Shown: piece after piece, positions 57,746 through 64,000 of the stretch
Position numbering within the stretch: the first letter of the stretch is position 1
Layout: each line of letters opens with the position of its first letter
Source: Candidatus Bathyarchaeia archaeon
GTDB lineage: Archaea > Thermoproteota > Bathyarchaeia > Bathyarchaeales > Bathycorpusculaceae
NCBI GenBank assembly: GCA_038882955.1
Contig: JAVZNC010000004.1
Span: 32,001-96,000 of the forward strand
Direction: 5' to 3'
DNA: 64,000 nucleotides
The notes under the pieces: generated by a model
Told to the model about the DNA's origin: nothing
Databases searched by the model: none
The model's input: only the letters and a program-made list of their open reading frames with translations
Translations under genes and position numbers: made by a program

Positions 57746-58123
57746 TTACTTCTTTTTAAAGAAAAGCCAGTTTTTCTCATTCTTAAATCTTAAGAGCACG
57801 TATGTTCCACGCAATTTTTCGCCATAAATCTCTATGAGGAGCTTGTTTGGCTTTCTGTCCAAAAGCCTATAGGTGCCTCTATCCCAAATCTTCACGGTTC
57901 CAGCGCCATACTTGCCTTCTGGAATTACACCTTCAAACTTTTCATATCCAAGTGGATGGTCTTCAACTTGAACGGCAAGTCTTCTAACGCCAACGGCTGC
58001 TGGTGGCTCCTTTGGAATCGCCCAGCTTTTTAGGACGCCGTCCATTTCAAGACGCAGATCATAATGCAAATGTGTTGCCGCATGCTTTTGGATGACATAA
58101 ATTTTTTCTTCACTTGATGCCAT
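57746..58123 (-). CDS. Stand-alone LigD-type 3'-phosphoesterase
   Basis: [47 protein letters not shown]. Confidence 0.93.
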   Translation of the reverse strand: MASSEEKIYVIQKHAATHLHYDLRLEMDGVLKSWAIPKEPPAAVGVRRLAVQVEDHPLGYEKFEGVIPEGKYGAGTVKIWDRGTYRLLDRKPNKLLIEIYGEKLRGTYVLLRFKNEKNWLFFKKK

Positions 58124-58230
58124 TGGTATTTTCGCTTCCTCTTTTGGTTATTCGCACATGCTCTTTTATGGCTTTAAAGGGGTTAAACGCGTTGAAAAGA
58201 ATTTAGAAAAATGGGGACGCCTTACGTTGT

Positions 58231-58653
58231 TTACTTTAAGCTTTCTGCCAACGTTGTGAAAGTATCGTGGTGCTCTTCTTCATCTTCAAGTATCTGCTTG
58301 AAAATATAGGCTGTTGTTACGTCGCCTTCCTTCTGTGCCAAATCAATTATTGTCTTGTAAAGTTCTATTGCGCCCTCCTCGTCCTTAATGTCTCGTTGAA
58401 TCATCTCCTTTAGGGTTTTTCCCACGAAAATAGGCGTGGGCTTTGTTGTTGGTGTTCCACCGAGGTAAAAGAGTCTTTCAGCAATCTTTTCAGCATGTTT
58501 CATTTCCGTTATGGCTATTTTCTTCAATTCCTCTTGTACGGCGAATCCGCTTACTCCGCTCCATTGGACGTGCTGCCACATGTATTGTATTGAAACCTGC
58601 AGTTCCCTCGCAACTGCATCATTCAACATATCCAGCAACTTCTTTGAAGCCAA
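58231..58653 (-). CDS. Bacterioferritin-like ferritin-family protein
   Basis: ARELQ..IQY, EMKHAE.IAERL..LGG.P, DEEGAI..Y, EEEH; TTG after GGGTGA. Confidence 0.88.
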   Translation of the reverse strand: MASKKLLDMLNDAVARELQVSIQYMWQHVQWSGVSGFAVQEELKKIAITEMKHAEKIAERLFYLGGTPTTKPTPIFVGKTLKEMIQRDIKDEEGAIELYKTIIDLAQKEGDVTTAYIFKQILEDEEEHHDTFTTLAESLK

Positions 58654-58744
58654 ATTTTTCACCCACAGTTACATCATTAAGTCAGCATTTATAACATTCT
58701 TATTATATTAAATTTTCCTAAAATCACAAAACACTAGGCAAAAC

Positions 58745-59191
58745 GTGAAAAAATTGAAATTCACATACCCGGAAGATCTCCACTTCAAATGTAAGAGATG
58801 TGCCATCTGCTGCGGCGACACAGAAAACAGAGTAAGAACAATCCTAATGCTAAAAACCGAAGCTGAAAAAATAGCTGGCAAAACCAGAATGCGCCTAGAA
58901 TCCTTCGCAGAAAAGGTTCAAAGTTTTGAACCATACGCTTATAAGATGCGAAAAACTGCCGATGGAAAATGCGTATTCCTAAACAAGAACTTATGTACAA
59001 TATACCCTTATAGACCTTTAATCTGCCGATTTTATCCCTTCGAACTTAATGAAACAAGCAGTGGCACATATGCTTTCGCCTACACAAAAGAATGCCCTGG
59101 AATAGGAAAGGGAAGCGCACTTAAAAGGGAATTTTTTGAAAAACTCTTCAAAAGATTTAGGAAATCGATTGCTGAAAATGTGCTTGGATAA
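58745..59191 (+). CDS. YkgJ/FliB-like cysteine-cluster protein
   Basis: CKRCAICC, CVFL....CTIY..RPLICRFYPF, CPG.G.G. Confidence 0.9.
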   Translation: MKKLKFTYPEDLHFKCKRCAICCGDTENRVRTILMLKTEAEKIAGKTRMRLESFAEKVQSFEPYAYKMRKTADGKCVFLNKNLCTIYPYRPLICRFYPFELNETSSGTYAFAYTKECPGIGKGSALKREFFEKLFKRFRKSIAENVLG

Positions 59192-59202
59192 ACTTAAGCC
59201 TT

Positions 59203-59817
59203 TCACTGGGGTTGCTGTGGACTTGGCGGAGTGACTCCAACAGTCCTTCTACTGGCAATTGTTACAAGTAGCATTAGAGCGAATAGCACGGTTGTGGCTA
59301 CGAAAAGGTACATCATAAGCGTGGTGCTGTTGTTGGCAGCTTCAAGGTTTTGCAGCTGCTGCTTATAAGGCGACTCTATGTATACGAGCAACTCGTATGT
59401 GGGATTGTCCGATTGAATCCACCTCTGCGTTAAACTGTTCCATATCTCCGTTTTCGCCCTAACATTAACTTTTCCATATCCAGGAGCGATGTTTGCCGGA
59501 AGCGTGAATTGAACACAAAGCGATGTTGACTGTCCAACAGCAATTGTGACTGGAAGCGTGGCGTTTGCATAGAAAGTTTGCGTATACTGTGTGCCATCAG
59601 CGTAGAAATAATTTACTGTTGCAGAAACCTCGGTCACCCTAATATTATCGCCCTTATCATTGTACACCGTAACATTAACGTATCCGGAACCACCTGGGTA
59701 ATACGCGCTCTTATCAAGCGTGCATGTGGCAATCTCGGCGGCATGTACAAAAGGAAAGTTTAAAGCTGCTAAAGCGCAAAGCAACGGCAGCAAGACAGCA
59801 ACAATTTTAACATGCAT
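59203..59817 (-). CDS. Secreted, C-terminally anchored Ig-like hypothetical protein
   Basis: Signal peptide ending VHA, beta-rich domain, C-terminal TM + RR. Confidence 0.75.
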   Translation of the reverse strand: MHVKIVAVLLPLLCALAALNFPFVHAAEIATCTLDKSAYYPGGSGYVNVTVYNDKGDNIRVTEVSATVNYFYADGTQYTQTFYANATLPVTIAVGQSTSLCVQFTLPANIAPGYGKVNVRAKTEIWNSLTQRWIQSDNPTYELLVYIESPYKQQLQNLEAANNSTTLMMYLFVATTVLFALMLLVTIASRRTVGVTPPSPQQPQ

Positions 59818-59951
59818 TTTCAGATTTTCCTCCTTTAAATTGTTGGGCTTTTCTAATTTGAGAATAAGAGTAAAAATGTTATGAAGTCAAAATCCAAATC
59901 AGAACTAAACACGCGCCGTAATCGCCTCAGACAAAAGTAAAAATGGGATGT

Positions 59952-60299
59952 TTAGACGAACATTCCCAGGAGTCCGAGTATTCCAAGTATTATGGCGATT
60001 ATACCGATTATTGTTTGGAAGCTACCGAGCCATTTAACAACTTTGGCCAAGTCTTTGCCTATTGCGGGTATGCTTGGTAAAAGACCCAAGATCAATATTA
60101 GTCCAGCTATAATTGCCACTATTCCCTGCAACCCAAAATACCAAATCCCAAGGATTATGGCTATGATGCCAATAATCGTTTGAAATCTTCCAAGCCATTT
60201 GGCAACCTTTTCCAAGCTTTTGCCAACAGCAGGTATATTTGGCAGAATACCCATCGCCAATATAAGCCCAGCAACAATGTTTGTTATCTCTATAATCAA
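59952..60299 (-). CDS. Small membrane protein with internal tandem duplication
   Basis: Two copies of LP.IPA.GK.L.KV.KWLG.FQTIIGIIAIILGI; TTG after GGTGA. Confidence 0.75.
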   Translation of the reverse strand: MIIEITNIVAGLILAMGILPNIPAVGKSLEKVAKWLGRFQTIIGIIAIILGIWYFGLQGIVAIIAGLILILGLLPSIPAIGKDLAKVVKWLGSFQTIIGIIAIILGILGLLGMFV

Positions 60300-60409
60300 A
60301 TACTTCACCAATACTTTATACAATCTGAGAATTTATAAGACTTGGGGTTTTGATATAGAATCTGATGATTTATTTCAAATTGTTTATGTTAGCTTTTGAA
60401 TTCGCTGGA

Positions 60410-60600
60410 CATGTTAGGCAATCGCTTCCTTCAGCATAAGCCTAAGCACGATGACTTACACGCAACTCGTCAATTTCGGAAAAGACGAGTTCACATGCAA
60501 AGTTGAAAAAACATCGACGAAATCAAAGAACTGGTCGAGGCAGAGTTTGAATATGTATACCGACCACGACGGCCTCAAAGTGTTCAGAAAACGCAAATAG
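60410..60600 (+). pseudogene. Tyrosine integrase C-terminal remnant
   Basis: Frameshifted HVRQ..L.HK...TMTYTQLVNFGKDEFTCKV...IDEIKELVEAEFEYV..DHDGLKVFRKRK*, ending 31 bp from the tRNA-Pro 3' end. Confidence 0.7.
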
Positions 60601-60631
60601 GCTGATACAAGAATGAGGATGCTGGGTTTCG

Positions 60632-60759
60632 TGGTGGGGTAGCTGGGATTTGAACCCAGGACCGCCAGCGCCCCAGGCTGGTATCCTTGACCACTCCAGC
60701 CGCCCTAGGTGCTGGAATACCCGCCACCGAACCTAAGGCGGAAGCTAGACGACTACCCC
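60632..60759 (-). tRNA. tRNA-Pro(GGG), CCA encoded, 49-nt D-loop intron at 17/17a (60694-60742)
   Basis: GGGGTAG/CTACCCC acceptor; CCAGC-CTGGGGC-GCTGG anticodon arm; BHB-like junction CTAG-CT|T...CTGG-AG|T with an 11-bp intron helix. Confidence 0.92.
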
Positions 60760-60973
60760 CATATGTTGGCTTGTTACTCTGCTATTTCCGTTTTCTAAAG
60801 GTTTGATGTTGTTTATTTCCGTTACGTATTTGAAGCTGTTCTCCAACTTGCCGTTAAAGTAGATTACTTATAGAACATGAAGCTTCTATCTTCAAAGCTT
60901 ATTCTAAATTCATAAGTACTATTTCGCTTTTCATGCTTTGATATTATATGGTTGAATAGAAGGCTTGAGATAA

Positions 60974-61177
60974 TTGCATAGAGTTGAATTTCCTTCGAAG
61001 TTGCTGTTTGCCGCATTTGTCCTTGTAGTTGTCGGTGTGTTGCTAATGCTTCATAGTTCAAATATGCTTTTTGCAATAAATTCTCTCGCCGTTATTTTCG
61101 TGGTTTTGGCTGTGCTTTTCATTTTTTCTGGAATAATTCTGCTGCTTATGGGCTTGGCGGCTATGGCTTCTGTTTAA
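60974..61177 (+). CDS. Possible small two-TM protein
   Basis: Hydrophobic 67-aa ORF filling an intergenic gap; no family motif. Confidence 0.4.
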   Translation: MHRVEFPSKLLFAAFVLVVVGVLLMLHSSNMLFAINSLAVIFVVLAVLFIFSGIILLLMGLAAMASV

Positions 61178-61223
61178 ATGGGGAGAAATCTCCATATAGT
61201 TTAGCCTACAATCTTAAAGGCGT

Positions 61224-62261
61224 GTGATTAAGATGAAGGCAGCCATGCTATACGGCATAAAAGACTTAAGAGTTGAAGAAGTGTCCACGCCAGAAGTAAA
61301 AGCTGGCGAAATCCTCGTAGAGGTTAAGGCTGCAACAACATGTGGAACAGACCTAAAAATTTTCCAGCGGGGCTACATTGAAGGGGTAATAAAGCCTCCA
61401 ACGGTTTTTGGACACGAGTGGGCTGGCGAAGTAGTGGAAGTTGGCGAAGGCTTGGAGTGGCCCAGAAAGGGTATGCGTGTGCGTGCTGGAAACAGCGCTC
61501 CATGTTTGCATTGCACAATGTGTCAGAAGGGAAAGTATAACCTTTGCGAGAACATGATCTGGCTTTGGGGCGCATATGCAGAATACATTAAAGTTCCAGC
61601 GCGGATGGTTCTTGTCAACATGCAAGAGGTTCCACAGCATGTCTCTTTTGAGGAGGCAGCCATAACAGAGCCTTTGGCATGCGTTTTGCACGGGGTGGAA
61701 GAAGCTGGAGTCAAGCTCGGCGACAGCGTGGCGATAGTTGGCGCTGGACCTATAGGCTTATTGCATTTACTAACTGTTAAGCGGGTTGGCGCTGAAAAGG
61801 TCATAATTATAGACCTTGTTGAGGAGCGGCTGGATTTCGCCAAGAAGCTTGGCGCAGACGAAGTTGTTAACGCTGGAAAAGGCGACGCTGTGGATGAAGT
61901 TAGACGGCTAACAAACGGATATGGCGTTGATGTTGCAATAGAAGCCATAGGCTCGCCGCAAACATGGGAGAAATCACTAAAACTTGTTAGAAAAGGCGGA
62001 AAAGTTCTAGAATTTGGCGGATGCCCGCCTGGAACAGAGATTAAAGTCAGCACAGAGATGCTCCACTATGGAGAAGTGACGGTTTTAGGCACTTTCCACA
62101 CAACACCACTGCATTTTAGGAGAGCCCTAAATCTAATAGCCTCAAGAACAATTGACGTTAGACCATTAATAACAAGAAGGATGGGATTAGACGAAATTAA
62201 TGAGGCTTTCCAAATACTCGCCACATCAAAATGCGAAATTAAAATTGCAATAATCCCCTAA
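61224..62261 (+). CDS. Zn-dependent alcohol/polyol dehydrogenase (MDR family)
   Basis: CGTD, GHE..G, CLHCTMC.......C, GAGPIG. Confidence 0.93.
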   Translation: MIKMKAAMLYGIKDLRVEEVSTPEVKAGEILVEVKAATTCGTDLKIFQRGYIEGVIKPPTVFGHEWAGEVVEVGEGLEWPRKGMRVRAGNSAPCLHCTMCQKGKYNLCENMIWLWGAYAEYIKVPARMVLVNMQEVPQHVSFEEAAITEPLACVLHGVEEAGVKLGDSVAIVGAGPIGLLHLLTVKRVGAEKVIIIDLVEERLDFAKKLGADEVVNAGKGDAVDEVRRLTNGYGVDVAIEAIGSPQTWEKSLKLVRKGGKVLEFGGCPPGTEIKVSTEMLHYGEVTVLGTFHTTPLHFRRALNLIASRTIDVRPLITRRMGLDEINEAFQILATSKCEIKIAIIP

Positions 62262-62319
62262 CAACCTTTGTTAAAGTGTTATTAGAGAGTAAACAGTAAT
62301 TTACAGTGCGGTGTTATAC

Positions 62320-62709
62320 ATGAAGTTTACATATACGGGCATTCGCGTTAGAAATTTAGAACGCTCAATAGAGTTTTACACAAAAACAATGGGCATGAAA
62401 ATAGTGCGTAAGGGCAAAATGAAAGCAGGCGGCATTTACGTACAACTCAAAAGCGAAAGATCACCGCAAATTTTGGAGCTAAACTATTACCCGCTAGGAA
62501 CAAAATTTTACGAAGAATATGTTGCCGGTTCCGAACTTGACCACCTAGCTTTCTGGTGCAAAGAAGTCCGAAAAGAGTATGCGCGGGTTCTCGCTGGCGG
62601 TGCAACATCAGCCATCGAGCCGTGGGATGAGGATGGCTATACGTTGGCTTTTGTTAGAGACCCTGATGGAATCTGGATTGAACTTATAGGGCGAGCCGCT
62701 AAAAAGTGA
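62320..62709 (+). CDS. VOC/glyoxalase family protein
   Basis: GIRV.NLERSI.FY...GM, LELN, DHLAF, F.RDPDG.WIEL. Confidence 0.9.
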   Translation: MKFTYTGIRVRNLERSIEFYTKTMGMKIVRKGKMKAGGIYVQLKSERSPQILELNYYPLGTKFYEEYVAGSELDHLAFWCKEVRKEYARVLAGGATSAIEPWDEDGYTLAFVRDPDGIWIELIGRAAKK

Positions 62710-62730
62710 GCGTAAAACTGCGCCTTAAGC

Positions 62731-63159
62731 ATGGTTGACGGAATGGTTGAGCCTAAAGGCTTAATCTTGAGAATAGCCACAAAAGAGTGGGTAAACCAAG
62801 TTTTCGATTATGCAATGTATTATACTGGTGCTCGTAGAAAAATGTCTGCTGGACAAACCGTAATATTCGTCCATAAAACAGAGTTTGGAGACTCCTTCAT
62901 AGGCTACGGCAAAATTGGAAACGTATATGCTGTTGAGGAGCTTTCTGAAATTGAAAGGAGCCTATGCGAAAAGTGGGGTTGGAAAGGAGCCATAGAATTC
63001 AAATACGTCGTCAAGTTTGATGAGCCATTGCCGATAAGGGAAACTTTCCTCAAAAATTTAAAAGTTAGGGGCAAAACTTTGCATTGCTTTCCGCTTAACA
63101 GAGAAAATTTAAACCAAATAATAGACAAGGCTGAGAAAAAGCAAACAAGAACGGCGTAA
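62731..63159 (+). CDS. Hypothetical protein, EVE/PUA-like
   Basis: M..GQTVIFV, FIGYG.I, F..PL pattern resembles PUA-like domains. Confidence 0.55.
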   Translation: MVDGMVEPKGLILRIATKEWVNQVFDYAMYYTGARRKMSAGQTVIFVHKTEFGDSFIGYGKIGNVYAVEELSEIERSLCEKWGWKGAIEFKYVVKFDEPLPIRETFLKNLKVRGKTLHCFPLNRENLNQIIDKAEKKQTRTA

Positions 63160-63166
63160 GATTGTT

Positions 63167-63796
63167 CTACCACGAGCATGGAATGTATTCACGTAATCTG
63201 AACTTCACGTTTAGGCTTTCCGCGATTTCCCTAACCTTTTCAACATCAACTTCTGGAATAGTAACCGCGGTGATTTCCAAATCAAAAGCTGTTCTAGCCC
63301 TTCTTACAAATTCAAGAACGCTTTCAAATGCTCCTTCAAATTTTGGTCTACAAACCTGCTTGTAGGTTTCACTGTCCTGCGCATTTAAGCTAACGCTAAT
63401 TCTGTTTACGCCAGCATCCAGCAATTCTTTTATAATATCCCGTCCAGCATTGATTATGTAGCCGTGACCGTTAGTGTCTACTCTGATTTTTACTGGTTTA
63501 CCATAAAACCTTCTAATCCACTTGCAAATTTGGATTATGGCATCCAATCTCTCAAGCGGTTCGCCGAAACCGCAGAAGACTACTTCGTCCCAGTTTCGCA
63601 TGTTTATGACGTTTTGCAGCTCGCATATAATCTCGTTAAGTGTTGGCTCCTTGTCCAGTTTAAGCTTGAATCCACCCACGCCACTTCTGAAATTTCTTAT
63701 GCAGAAGTAGCAGTTATTTGAGCACTTGTTTGTTGTATTTAGGTATAGGTTGTTTCCAAGCCAGTAAACTGTGCTTGCGCCTTTGCCTTTCTGCAT
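63167..63796 (-). CDS. TatD-associated radical SAM protein
   Basis: LYLN.TNKCSNNCYFCIR, EVVFCGFGEP, RVDTNGHG, SVSLNA. Confidence 0.88.
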   Translation of the reverse strand: MQKGKGASTVYWLGNNLYLNTTNKCSNNCYFCIRNFRSGVGGFKLKLDKEPTLNEIICELQNVINMRNWDEVVFCGFGEPLERLDAIIQICKWIRRFYGKPVKIRVDTNGHGYIINAGRDIIKELLDAGVNRISVSLNAQDSETYKQVCRPKFEGAFESVLEFVRRARTAFDLEITAVTIPEVDVEKVREIAESLNVKFRLREYIPCSW

Positions 63797-63891
63797 GCTT
63801 TAGCCTCTTTAATTCATGTATGAGAGGGAGGATGAAAGAATTTAAATGCTGATGCTGGTTTATGCTTCTGTTATTGCGAGGGCGCATAATC

Positions 63892-64000
63892 ATGGTTAAA
63901 TACGTTTTTGTTACGGGCGGAGTGTTAAGCTCCGTTGGTAAGGGTATTGTAACTTCTTCCATTGGAAAGATGCTCCAAGCAAGGGGCTTGAAGGTTACCG
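63892..64000 (+). CDS. pyrG: CTP synthase (N-terminus only, runs off the window)
   Basis: [32 protein letters not shown]. Confidence 0.95.
   Translation, partial: MVKYVFVTGGVLSSVGKGIVTSSIGKMLQARGLKVT

Overview
This is an archaeal chromosomal segment, most likely Candidatus Bathyarchaeia (TACK). That call is an inference from EF-1alpha, TFB, aRF1, aIF1, short XPF, eukaryote-like topoisomerase IB, H4MPT-pathway genes, a dockerin-bearing surface protein and GGTGA-type SD sites. It holds about 85 CDS and four tRNA genes (Gly-TCC, Ala-TGC, Gln-TTG, Pro-GGG); two tRNAs carry introns at non-canonical positions. Main blocks are IOR (iorAB); a redox/oxidative-stress and metal-cofactor cluster (6.0-15.7 kb); RtcB/archease; Mtd-Ftr; an ArsR-controlled permease/thioredoxin/ferredoxin island with two identical palindromic operators; a mevalonate-entry locus; a Yip1/MacB-type ABC exporter; and a TRAM-SSB-TRAM operon. 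Top leads: (1) a thiolase that has lost all recognisable catalytic motifs, directly upstream of a DUF35-HMG-CoA synthase fusion; (2) a long hairpin leader before the TRAM-SSB-TRAM operon; (3) candidate operators for a DUF134 protein and for ArsR; (4) a wHTH-VIT1/CCC1 fusion; (5) topoisomerase IB apparently starting at ACG; (6) integrase remnants around tRNA-Pro. I saw no CRISPR array, rRNA or intact mobile element. All product calls come from motif recognition by eye, with no database searches.
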